DNA from: an uncultured virus (IMG/VR IMGVR_UViG_3300036770_002019) | Taxonomy: Duplodnaviria > Heunggongvirae > Uroviricota > Caudoviricetes > Crassvirales | DNA length: 64,000 nt | Virus record (IMG/VR): IMGVR_UViG_3300036770_002019 | Span: 22,683 to 86,682 of that record | Direction: 5' to 3' (one strand) | Part shown: positions 1 to 8,967 of the stretch, in pieces | Layout: each line of letters begins with the position of its first letter | Position numbering within the stretch: the first letter of the stretch is position 1 | Position numbers and translations under genes: made by a program | Notes under the pieces: model-generated | What the model saw: only the letters and a program-made list of their open reading frames with translations | Databases searched by the model: none | What the model was told of the DNA's origin: nothing

Positions 1-2
1 AA

Positions 3-848
3 GTAGTAGTTAATATGGGTCCAGGTATCAACTGTATTATAGACCTAAATGAATCAATAGGTATAGGAGTAACTACAAGTGGATGTGGCTGTACAAACCC
101 ATTAGCTGTAAACTTCAATCCATTAGCAACTGAAGATGATGGAAGTTGTATAATTTTAGGGTGTACGGACGAATTAGCAATTAATTACTCCCCAAACGCT
201 ACTGTATCTGACGGATCTTGTATATACAACGTCAACCCAATAGAACCTGCGTGCATTCCAAACAGTGTAGATAACACTAATACTTACGATGTTACATTAA
301 GTAACATACGTAGATGTCTTTCAAAAGAAGGAACTACACTTCTATTTAAAATACGTGGTGGGGTTAAGTGTGATACTACAGATCAAATAAAAATTACTTT
401 AGTAACTTATTTACTTGGGAGATTAGGATTAGATTGTTTGTATAACTGTAACTACACATTCGACTACAATGGTCAAGAGATTGATTGCGAAAATCTTTGG
501 ACTCTTGGGGGACCTAGTGGTCCTGAGCTAGAATGGGATACTACTACAATCTATGCAGCTGGAGATATGATTAGATATACATCTAATGGAATTACTAGTT
601 ACTACACTACAATAGAGGCAGGGCAAGCTTTATTACCCCCACCAGCAGAGCCTTTAAAATGGATAAGATGTCAGGATTATTCATTACCTTCGGGAACAGA
701 AACATATCTAAATACTTTCATTAACTTTGCAAGAAAGTTTTGTTTAGTTTGTTTTTCAGACCCACTACCTGTAGCTCAATCCATAAGTGTAGAAAACAAT
801 TTACTTGGGGGAATAACTTTAGAAAACGGGGATAACATACAATTATAA
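3..848 (+). CDS. Cys-rich virion/tail-associated protein (5'-truncated)
   Basis: Frame is open upstream of ATG15 to the window edge; two GCTxxxAxNxxPxATxxDGSC repeats; WDTTTIYAAGDMIRY...KW resembles a CBM5/12-type module. Confidence 0.6.
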   Translation, partial: VVVNMGPGINCIIDLNESIGIGVTTSGCGCTNPLAVNFNPLATEDDGSCIILGCTDELAINYSPNATVSDGSCIYNVNPIEPACIPNSVDNTNTYDVTLSNIRRCLSKEGTTLLFKIRGGVKCDTTDQIKITLVTYLLGRLGLDCLYNCNYTFDYNGQEIDCENLWTLGGPSGPELEWDTTTIYAAGDMIRYTSNGITSYYTTIEAGQALLPPPAEPLKWIRCQDYSLPSGTETYLNTFINFARKFCLVCFSDPLPVAQSISVENNLLGGITLENGDNIQL

Positions 849-2251
849 TGGCTACAATAACTAACCTAGCAGCTCTAACAAAAACTAACGTAACCACTAA
901 TGATTACTTGTTAGTAGCTAACTCAGCTAAACAAACCAATACTAAGTTTCAGCTTTCTACTTTATTCCCAACAGTTCAAACAAAAGCTGGGGCTTCTGGA
1001 GCTGACTTGTTTGTAGATATTACAGATAAAAATGTAATCAATCTTAAAGGTATTGAGTCTGCAAATAATAAAATTACAGTTACTACAGCTGCTAACGATA
1101 TTGTACTAACTCTCGCAGAAGCTAATATAGATCTAGCTAATTGTGACAATACTACCTCAACATTTCTATCTAGTGTCAATCTTACATCTAATGTAACAGG
1201 TACTCTCCCAGTAGCTAATGGGGGTACAAACGCTACATCCTTTTTAGATAAAGCTGTTGTTATAACGCAAGCTTCTGGTACTGACACTCTTAGCTCTTTG
1301 GCTATGACTACTAACGGTCAATTGTTAATTGGGGGTACTAGCGGTCCACAAGTAGCTACGTTAACTGCAGGTACTAACATCACTATAACTAATGGGGATG
1401 GGGCTATTACTATCAATTCATCTTTAGCATCTGTATCCTCAGATCTAGATATGAATAACAACGACATAGATCTTGGAACAGGCTATATTAGTTCAGATGG
1501 TAATAGTAATGGTGTTAGAGTTACAGGAAATAATGCATACGTAGGTACTGCAGCATCTTATTTTAACTCTGCGGTACTTAATCTAAGTGGGGGAATAGAT
1601 CTACTCACAAATACATCTCACACCATTAAAGTAGTAGCAGGAACAACTCCTGGAACACTAACTGTACAAGGACAAGATACTACTACTACAAATGGTAATG
1701 GGGGTAATTTAACTTTATCTGCAGGAGATGCAGACGGCAGTGGTACAGGTGGACAACTAAATCTTTATGGAGGGGATACTGGATCTGGGACAGGGGGCAG
1801 TATTAAACTTATTACTTCAGTAGCAGGTACATATACTGACGCTATAACTATAGATGGGAGTTCTGACGTTACTGTAAATAACGGTAGTTTAATTATTGCT
1901 CAAGCTACTGAAGGATTAGTACATACTAACAAAGGAGCTGTAACACAGGCTACTAGCCACGCAACTGGGGTTACTGTAAATGCAACTTCAGGAATTATAA
2001 CATTAGCAGGGGTAGCCCTGAATGCTGCTGCAGAAGCAGAGTTTACAGTAACAAATGGTGCTGTAACTACAGGATCTTTGATACTTCTAACAGTACAATG
2101 CCCAGCTGCAGCATCAGAGACAGATAATGCAACTTTAGTAGCTCAACTGAGTGGGGTAAGTAATGGAAGTTTTAACATCCGTCTTACTAACCCAGGAGCT
2201 GGAAATACATCAACCAACGCACACAAAATAAACTTCTTAGTTATAAATTAA
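848..2251 (+). CDS. Tail fibre/spike protein
   Basis: T/G/N-rich beta repeats; VTGTLPVANGGT and LTAGTNITITNG motifs typical of phage fibres; lies in the structural module. Confidence 0.75.
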   Translation: MATITNLAALTKTNVTTNDYLLVANSAKQTNTKFQLSTLFPTVQTKAGASGADLFVDITDKNVINLKGIESANNKITVTTAANDIVLTLAEANIDLANCDNTTSTFLSSVNLTSNVTGTLPVANGGTNATSFLDKAVVITQASGTDTLSSLAMTTNGQLLIGGTSGPQVATLTAGTNITITNGDGAITINSSLASVSSDLDMNNNDIDLGTGYISSDGNSNGVRVTGNNAYVGTAASYFNSAVLNLSGGIDLLTNTSHTIKVVAGTTPGTLTVQGQDTTTTNGNGGNLTLSAGDADGSGTGGQLNLYGGDTGSGTGGSIKLITSVAGTYTDAITIDGSSDVTVNNGSLIIAQATEGLVHTNKGAVTQATSHATGVTVNATSGIITLAGVALNAAAEAEFTVTNGAVTTGSLILLTVQCPAAASETDNATLVAQLSGVSNGSFNIRLTNPGAGNTSTNAHKINFLVIN

Positions 2252-2261
2252 TCGCAAACAC

Positions 2262-2666
2262 ATGACACAAATTACAGGAACTAACAGAGAGTTTTTACAA
2301 ATTTTAAAAGCTCTTGAATCAGTAAAAACCTTAAAAGGTAAAACTTTTGCACTTCTAGTTGCTAAAAATATTAGCAGTATTACAGAACATCTTCAACCTA
2401 TCGAAAAAGCTTCTATCCCTTCTAAAGACTTTCAAGAGCTTTCAGTAAAAGTTCACAAACTTATCGAAGAAGAAAAGTCAGAAGAAATAGAGAAAATTGA
2501 AAGTGAGCATGTTGAAATAATTGAAGAACGTAAACATCAATTAGACAATGTTGAGAAGATGCTGAATATGGAAAGCAGTGTAGGAGTTAATTTAATAAGT
2601 GAAGAACATTTACCTAGTGATATCACAGCAGATCAAATTTATGGGCTGCTTAAAATCTTAAAATAA
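2262..2666 (+). CDS. Putative tail fibre chaperone
   Basis: Small helical protein directly downstream of the fibre gene. Confidence 0.4.
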   Translation: MTQITGTNREFLQILKALESVKTLKGKTFALLVAKNISSITEHLQPIEKASIPSKDFQELSVKVHKLIEEEKSEEIEKIESEHVEIIEERKHQLDNVEKMLNMESSVGVNLISEEHLPSDITADQIYGLLKILK

Positions 2667-3058
2667 TGGCTGCAATTAATTTCAAAGTAGAATTAAAATC
2701 ATCTGGGCTATTATCCGCCCCACTATTATTATTTGCTGCAGATACAATTGTAGCTACAGGAGTAGTTGCTAAAGCAGCTAAGCTTATAACAGCTGTTAAT
2801 GGGGCAGCAGTTACATTATTCCCCAAAGCAGACTTTACAGATGCTGACGGTCAAGCCCTTGTCTTCATAAAAAATACAGGCAGTACTTACGATCTATTTG
2901 TAGAAGCTGGTACTGATGTAGAGTTTATTAAACTAAAACCTGGGCAATTTGCAGCCTTTCCGTGGTACACAGATAACAGTTCTGGGCAGGACCTTAAAGT
3001 CTATGCTAGTAATGCATCTGGTACTACTGTAGATGCCACATTAATTGAAATAACTTAA
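2666..3058 (+). CDS. Small beta-rich virion protein
   Basis: Translationally coupled ORF; IKLKPGQFAAFPW motif is common in phage structural proteins. Confidence 0.5.
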   Translation: MAAINFKVELKSSGLLSAPLLLFAADTIVATGVVAKAAKLITAVNGAAVTLFPKADFTDADGQALVFIKNTGSTYDLFVEAGTDVEFIKLKPGQFAAFPWYTDNSSGQDLKVYASNASGTTVDATLIEIT

Positions 3059-3061
3059 GTT

Positions 3062-3514
3062 ATGAGTGGAGTATTAGGAAGAATATTTGGGGGTTTAGCT
3101 TCTCAAGCTTCAACTATCATTGATGAGGTAGTTACAACTCAAGAAGAAAAACTTGAGTTAAAAATGAAGCTTGAGCAACTAATCATGGATGCTGAACTTG
3201 CAGCAGACCAAGAAATAACCAAACGCTGGGAAGTGGATATGGTTAATGGTAATTGGTTAAGTAAGAGCATTCGACCTCTGACACTAGCCTTCCTAGTAAT
3301 AGCTACAGTGTTACTTGTATTTATTGATGCAGGTGCTATAAACTTTGAAGTTAAAGAACACTGGGTTAACCTACTTGAACTAGTTTTGATTACAGTAATA
3401 GGAGCCTACTTTGGTGGGAGATCTTATGAAAAATCAAGAATTATTGTAAATGAAACTAGGTCTAGAAAAGAAGAAAGACATGAAAGAAGAAATAAAAGAC
3501 TTTCTGAGGACTAA
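3062..3514 (+). CDS. Holin (3-TM, GTA-holin-like)
   Basis: RWEVDM...WLSKSIRPL, two hydrophobic segments, GAYFGGRSYEK, basic C-terminus. Confidence 0.75.
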   Translation: MSGVLGRIFGGLASQASTIIDEVVTTQEEKLELKMKLEQLIMDAELAADQEITKRWEVDMVNGNWLSKSIRPLTLAFLVIATVLLVFIDAGAINFEVKEHWVNLLELVLITVIGAYFGGRSYEKSRIIVNETRSRKEERHERRNKRLSED

Positions 3515-4595
3515 CCCAGGGTATCTTAAAACAAGTATAGAAAGAATATCACACAGAGTAAACTGCAGTGATTTAAATCTATGCAGAGACGCTTTGAATG
3601 AAGTTAAGTTTGAACTTAAAAACAAGAACGTAAATGTAATAAGTGAGTTTAATAAACACTTGCAAGATAATGATATTCATCCTGACGATGTAATAAGTGT
3701 AAAGTATTGGCAAACAGCTTCTGGTAAACAAAGATTCTCAATCGTAACAAAGAATGAGCAGAATTCCGTACAAGACATTAAAGAGGAAATACAAAACTTT
3801 GCAAAACTTCACAGTACGAATGTACCAACAGTACTACGATCTTTTGATATTTCTAAACCGATAGCTTACGAAATATCTCTCCCAGACCTTCATTATGGGA
3901 AGATGCATTCTAAGACACTCAATGAAATTGAATCTGAATTTTTACAAGTTATACACAACCTTGTAGACCAAGCTGTAAATTTAGACATTGAGAAGTTTAT
4001 ACTCCCAATTGGGAATGATGGTATGAACTCTGAAGGAATGCGGCAGACAACTACTAAAGGTACTCCACAGCAAGACTCTGCAGGATGGAAAGAAACATTT
4101 AGAGGGTATTGGAACCTAATAGTAAGAGCAATAGACTACTTAAAAGAAATTGCCCCAGTGGATGTAATAATTATATCTGGGAATCACGATTACGAAAGAA
4201 TGTTCTATGTGGGGGATGTACTTGCAGGATGGTATAGAAATGATGAAAATGTTGTTATAGATAATTCAGAATCTTCTCGTAAATACATTGAGTATGGAGT
4301 AAATATGATTATGTTTACACATGGGGATAAAGAAAAGCCTAATGACATCCCATTAATAATGGCTACTGAACAACCAGAAATGTTTGCAAAGGCTTCTCAC
4401 AGAGAAGCTCATTGTGGGCACTTTCACAAAGAAATGCTAAATGAGTACAGGGGAGTTAAAGTCAGATTTATACCTAGTATTTGCCCTAATGATGAGTGGC
4501 ACAAACTCATGGGGTATGAGGCTAAACGAACAGGGCAAGCTTTTATTTGGTGCAAAAAAACTGGATTCTATGGATACTTCCAAACAAACCTCTGA
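3480..4595 (+). CDS. Calcineurin-like metallophosphoesterase
   Basis: DLHYGK, GND, GNHD, HGD and GHFH motifs; start ATG3480 preferred (ORF track gives 3450). Confidence 0.85.
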   Translation: MKEEIKDFLRTNPGYLKTSIERISHRVNCSDLNLCRDALNEVKFELKNKNVNVISEFNKHLQDNDIHPDDVISVKYWQTASGKQRFSIVTKNEQNSVQDIKEEIQNFAKLHSTNVPTVLRSFDISKPIAYEISLPDLHYGKMHSKTLNEIESEFLQVIHNLVDQAVNLDIEKFILPIGNDGMNSEGMRQTTTKGTPQQDSAGWKETFRGYWNLIVRAIDYLKEIAPVDVIIISGNHDYERMFYVGDVLAGWYRNDENVVIDNSESSRKYIEYGVNMIMFTHGDKEKPNDIPLIMATEQPEMFAKASHREAHCGHFHKEMLNEYRGVKVRFIPSICPNDEWHKLMGYEAKRTGQAFIWCKKTGFYGYFQTNL

Positions 4596-4854
4596 TGAGG
4601 ATTTCTCTTACTATGAAGAGGATGAAATATTGGATGAAGCATATTACAATGCTTATCTAATAATTACCAATAGAATGACTTTAGATGAATTAATAACTTC
4701 TAAAGGGGAAATAACATTCATTCCATATGATCCTGGAGTACCAGAAACAATAGAACTGATTTTAGATGATATGATTGATTATTTTTCATCAACTGAAGAA
4801 TACGAAATATGTGCAGAGTTAGTAAAAGTTAAAGAGAAATTAAATGACACTTGA
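4570..4854 (+). CDS. Small acidic protein with UVR-like C-terminal helix
   Basis: EEYEICAELVKVKEKL; ATG4570 is more plausible than 4441. Confidence 0.55.
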   Translation: MDTSKQTSDEDFSYYEEDEILDEAYYNAYLIITNRMTLDELITSKGEITFIPYDPGVPETIELILDDMIDYFSSTEEYEICAELVKVKEKLNDT

Positions 4855-5509
4855 TGAAATTGCATACAACCTTCTAAATCTAGTTCGCGGAGGTAGATCT
4901 AATCACGATGAAAACATCTCGCTTGATCAAATTAAATTTAATATCAAGCATTACAGAGCTGTATTCATTCGTAGAGATTTTGCACGCAATGGACTTATTA
5001 CACGGCACTTAGAGCAAGATCTTGGGTGCCTTAATCTTATTAGGGTAGACGCATCTAAGTGTTGTTCTTTACCTTCTACTTGCCCTGTATACAGAACAGA
5101 ATTACCTCTCCCTAAAACGGTTAGATTTAATTTCAAAGAAGCTATTACCTACACAGGTGATATTACAGGATTAGGGCGTATCCCAATGGTACAACCTTAT
5201 GAAATAGCATATATTCCTTACGATAAGCACACAAGCAACAATCCTAAAACTTATATGATTGAAGACTACTTGTATGTCTATAATCCTAAAGGTATGGATG
5301 TTATAAATGTACGTGGGATATTCGAAGATCCTGAAGAAGTGCAAAGATTTAAAACTTGTGATGGACCTTGCTATGATGAAAACTTCTCATTCCCCATGCC
5401 AATGGATATGGTTAGTTTAATAACTGCAGGACTACTAAATGGAGAACTAAAACTACTGGCAGGATCATTTACAGATGATGAGAATGACAGACAACAAGAT
5501 AGAGAATAA
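4844..5509 (+). CDS. Neck/ring (tail tubular-type) structural protein
   Basis: MTLDEIAY...NVRGIFEDPEEV...FPMP pattern of crAss-like ring proteins; synteny. Confidence 0.65.
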   Translation: MTLDEIAYNLLNLVRGGRSNHDENISLDQIKFNIKHYRAVFIRRDFARNGLITRHLEQDLGCLNLIRVDASKCCSLPSTCPVYRTELPLPKTVRFNFKEAITYTGDITGLGRIPMVQPYEIAYIPYDKHTSNNPKTYMIEDYLYVYNPKGMDVINVRGIFEDPEEVQRFKTCDGPCYDENFSFPMPMDMVSLITAGLLNGELKLLAGSFTDDENDRQQDRE

Positions 5510-5799
5510 TGAATACAAACGAAGAAAGATTGCTAAACGCAATCAAAAACCTTACAAGAAATTCTTTAGGTCAGTGTGGATCTATTATCATAGATGACAC
5601 TGTAGAGCATGTAGGTCCATATACAGCAATAACAGCTATTGGAACTGCTGCAGCAATCATTGATACCTCTGAGTGTGATTTAGGTCCTTTAGAAGATCAA
5701 CCAGCAACAATTACTATACCGCAAGGTGTAACAATATTTGGGGAGTTTAACTCTATCGAACTAGATTCAGGAGTTGTAATTGCGTACAAACAATGCTAA
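5509..5799 (+). CDS. Small virion protein
   Basis: IPQGVTIFGEFNSIELDSGVVIAY, a recurrent phage structural pattern; coupled ORF. Confidence 0.55.
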   Translation: MNTNEERLLNAIKNLTRNSLGQCGSIIIDDTVEHVGPYTAITAIGTAAAIIDTSECDLGPLEDQPATITIPQGVTIFGEFNSIELDSGVVIAYKQC

Positions 5800-6287
5800 A
5801 ATTAGGAACAAGTGTTCAGAGCGTAGTTAGTAGAGGGGGCATTACTAAAGTATGCCTTAATCCTAACTATACTTCAGATTTTAGTGCTGGGGTAGATGGT
5901 TGGACAGGAGATACAGGTATTAGCGCTATTATAGGAAATAGAGATTCTATTGGAGGTTTGAATGACAACTTAGGTGTTAGATTTGCTGTAGGCATCCCTA
6001 TTATCACTAAAACCCTAGCTGAAGAAGTTTCATCAGGATGTACATATACATACAGTCTTAGGGTATTCATACCAACTGGCAATAAAGATGTAACGTATAT
6101 TAGTAGACTCCTAATAGGGGGAGAAGAAATACCAATTTCAGGTGAAGCCATTGCAACCAATACTTGGACTTTATTTACTGGAACTTTTACTGCATCACAA
6201 ACATTAACTAGCTTCGGGATAGAGTTTAATGCTGGTAGTGCAAGTTCTGAATTAGCTTACTTAAGAGAGATATCATTAACACTTTAA
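5793..6287 (+). CDS. Putative carbohydrate-binding/fibre-like protein
   Basis: DFSAGVDGW...YTYSLRV...NTWTLFTGTF, a CBM4/9-like jelly-roll pattern. Confidence 0.45.
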   Translation: MLKLGTSVQSVVSRGGITKVCLNPNYTSDFSAGVDGWTGDTGISAIIGNRDSIGGLNDNLGVRFAVGIPIITKTLAEEVSSGCTYTYSLRVFIPTGNKDVTYISRLLIGGEEIPISGEAIATNTWTLFTGTFTASQTLTSFGIEFNAGSASSELAYLREISLTL

Positions 6288-6291
6288 GATT

Positions 6292-6561
6292 ATGTCCTCA
6301 CCAGCTTGGCAACGAAAAGAAGGCAAAAACCCTAAAGGAGGGTTAAATGCAAAAGGTAGAGCAAGTTATAAAGCTGCTAATCCTGGATCTAAATTAGGAG
6401 CTCCACAACCAAAAGGAGGAAAAAGACGTAATTCTTTTTGTTCTAGGATGTGCGGAATGAAAAGTAAATTGACTTCAAAGAAAACAGCAAGCGACCCAAA
6501 TTCAAGAATAAATAAATCATTAAGAATCTGGAACTGCGGTTCCTGCAGCAATTGGAAATAA
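6292..6561 (+). CDS. Small basic phage protein (DUF6321-like)
   Basis: MSSPAWQRKEGKNPKGGLNAKGRASY...SFCSRM...SRINKSLRIWNC, recalled conserved phage family. Confidence 0.65.
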   Translation: MSSPAWQRKEGKNPKGGLNAKGRASYKAANPGSKLGAPQPKGGKRRNSFCSRMCGMKSKLTSKKTASDPNSRINKSLRIWNCGSCSNWK

Positions 6562-6770
6562 TGGAGATACTAACCGTGTATGAAATCGTAATTATTGCCT
6601 CAGCTTTAGTGGGGACTTATGTAAAAATGAATATTGAGATTAATAAGGTTAAATCTCGTATATTTGTTTTAGAACAAAATCACAGTGAAATAACAACAAT
6701 GCTAAGAAAATTAGATAAAGATCTTACAGAGATTAAAATCTTATTAGCACGTAAACAATTAGACACATGA
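6561..6770 (+). CDS. Small membrane protein with coiled coil
   Basis: N-terminal TM segment followed by a heptad pattern; ATG6561 overlaps the upstream stop. Confidence 0.55.
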   Translation: MEILTVYEIVIIASALVGTYVKMNIEINKVKSRIFVLEQNHSEITTMLRKLDKDLTEIKILLARKQLDT

Positions 6771-7066
6771 TGACACTAATTATAATCATTTCAATTATCT
6801 CAGTACTAGGTGCTGTAGTTATAATTTATTTAGCTAACCTTCATAACGGGGGCATTGTAGATAACAATAAAAACTTTATCTCAGACAATGTAGACGATAA
6901 AGCTAAAGAAATAAAAAAAGAAATTAATCGACGTGTAGAAAACGTTAAACTTGAAGTAGAAGATGTAACTACAGCTATAGGAAATGCTATAGATGGTTTA
7001 GATGACATCTCAAAAGCTGCAGCAGGGGCTAACAGAAAAGGACGTCCAAAACATAAGCAGAAATGA
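6767..7066 (+). CDS. Membrane-anchored coiled-coil protein
   Basis: Hydrophobic N-terminus, coiled coil, basic C-terminus. Confidence 0.55.
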   Translation: MMTLIIIISIISVLGAVVIIYLANLHNGGIVDNNKNFISDNVDDKAKEIKKEINRRVENVKLEVEDVTTAIGNAIDGLDDISKAAAGANRKGRPKHKQK

Positions 7067-7605
7067 AACAAATGCTTAAACGTAAAGACGGGTCTTATTC
7101 TCAAAGAGGGCTTTGGGATAACATTCGCGCAAACAAAGGGTCAGGTAAAAAACCTACCAAAGACATGCTTAAACAAGAAAATAAAATTAAAGAAATGAAC
7201 TCAAAACCTAAATCAAAATCTCCCTCAAAGAAAATGGGTGGAGGATATAAAGCTCCACAATACCAAATGGGTGGGGATATGATTGAACCGTCTAAAGAAG
7301 TCAACTTTGATCGTCCTATGGCTCAATCAGGCATGGCTAAATCTAAAAAAATGAAGCCAGATTACATTGATATTGACAAAGACGGAAACAAAACAGAGCC
7401 GATGAAAAATGCCGCTTCAAATAAAAAAATGAAAAGCGGAGGAGGCAAATCAATGAAGCCTGGAGGTGGTGGAAGATTTGAAAAACTAGTTGGAGAACTC
7501 AAAGGTAAAGGAAAATCTGAAGATTCAGCTAAAGCAATAGCAGCTTCAATTGGGAGGAAAAAATACGGTAAGTCAAGATTTCAAGAAATGGCTAAAAAAG
7601 GATAA
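7063..7605 (+). CDS. Lys/Gly/Met-rich basic protein, possible internal head protein
   Basis: Low-complexity, highly basic, repeated xxGG motifs. Confidence 0.55.
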   Translation: MKQMLKRKDGSYSQRGLWDNIRANKGSGKKPTKDMLKQENKIKEMNSKPKSKSPSKKMGGGYKAPQYQMGGDMIEPSKEVNFDRPMAQSGMAKSKKMKPDYIDIDKDGNKTEPMKNAASNKKMKSGGGKSMKPGGGGRFEKLVGELKGKGKSEDSAKAIAASIGRKKYGKSRFQEMAKKG

Positions 7606-8090
7606 TGCATACATTGACAGACATATATAAACACTACAGAGCTAATACAGCATCACCCGTAGACAAAGCTACGTTTAAAAACATCTGTGAGGAGTTTAAT
7701 ATGTCTGTCATAGAAAATTTGATATTAGAAGGGAAAAGCTTTAACATGAGAAATAACCTTTCTAATATCTCTGTTCGTCGTATAGAACGTAATCCTTCAT
7801 GTCCTACAATAGATTGGTGGGAAAGTAATAAGTACAAACAAGAGCTTATCGAAGAAGGGGTAAAGATATTTGATCCAGAAACAGGGGAAGGAAAGAAATG
7901 GTTTATATACTATACAGATCCTTGGTATTGTAAGTATCATTGGGAAAAACATAAGTGTAAAATCCCTAACAAAACTGTTTATAGATTTACCCCAACAAGA
8001 GGACTAAAAGGAAATAAAGAAAAACTAACAGCGCTACTAAAAGAAGACGAGCTTGCTTACTTAAAATTCAAAAAACATGGCAATATATAA
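7605..8090 (+). CDS. IHF/HU-like protein of the crAss-like tail module
   Basis: Position immediately before the ring and muzzle genes; IDWWES...YRFTPTR pattern. Confidence 0.65.
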   Translation: MHTLTDIYKHYRANTASPVDKATFKNICEEFNMSVIENLILEGKSFNMRNNLSNISVRRIERNPSCPTIDWWESNKYKQELIEEGVKIFDPETGEGKKWFIYYTDPWYCKYHWEKHKCKIPNKTVYRFTPTRGLKGNKEKLTALLKEDELAYLKFKKHGNI

Positions 8091-8967
8091 AACTATATCT
8101 AGTAAGGTTATCTTGCGAAAGATCTTTCGAGATATTAAACCTAATCACGATAATTGGATTGATGATGCCATTGAATGGATTGGGGAAGCATTAGAGCACA
8201 TTGGGAGTTCAACGCAGCTAGATACTAAAGTTTGTGTTCTCCCAATTTCTAATTACAAAGGGTTACTCCCAAATGATTTCTATTACTCGCAAATGGTTGG
8301 GGTAAACAATGCTGTAGCCCCATCTATTGAAACAGAACTCGATGAGTTATTGTCTCAAGTAAATGATATTCAAGCTCAGTTAGCAGCTAACCCTAACCAA
8401 GACTTGACTTATCAAATGAGAGAACTTAACTCTCGAATCGTAGTTCTTGAGAATATCTACATGTCAGATAGCTCTATGGTTACACCATTAGCTTACTGTA
8501 CTACAGCATTCCCAAATGCAGAAGCTTGCCCAGAATGTGTAAATCAAACTACCACAGTCAAAGAATGTTACTTCATTGAAAATGATAGAATTAAAACTTC
8601 TTTTGCTTCTGGTAAAGTTTGTATAAGCTACAAAGCATTCCCAACAGATGAAGATTGTTACCCACTAGTACCAGACGATATTAGTTTCAAAGAAGCTATG
8701 TTTTGGTATGTATATAAGAAAATGCTTTTAGGTGGGGATACACCTGTAGAAAATGGGATAAACTATGTATTTGCCGAACAACAGTGGAAATACTACTGTA
8801 CACAGGCAAGAAACGCAGCTAATTACCCAGACATTGATAGATACGAGTCATTTATGAATCAATGGGTTAGACTTATCCCAAACATTAACAGACACTCAGC
8901 TGGGTTTGAAAATCTCGGAACTAGAGAAACATTACATAGAGGATCAGCTAATACTTACGGATTGTGA
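8077..8967 (+). CDS. Tail tubular/ring protein
   Basis: AIEWIGEALEHIG...LPNDF...YPLVPD...WKYYCTQA; crAss-like synteny. Confidence 0.7.
   Translation: MAIYKTISSKVILRKIFRDIKPNHDNWIDDAIEWIGEALEHIGSSTQLDTKVCVLPISNYKGLLPNDFYYSQMVGVNNAVAPSIETELDELLSQVNDIQAQLAANPNQDLTYQMRELNSRIVVLENIYMSDSSMVTPLAYCTTAFPNAEACPECVNQTTTVKECYFIENDRIKTSFASGKVCISYKAFPTDEDCYPLVPDDISFKEAMFWYVYKKMLLGGDTPVENGINYVFAEQQWKYYCTQARNAANYPDIDRYESFMNQWVRLIPNINRHSAGFENLGTRETLHRGSANTYGL

Noticed and set aside
7365-7400. EF-hand calcium-binding protein (DIDKDGNKTE)
   Set aside because: A single loop without flanking helices in a low-complexity protein is too little evidence
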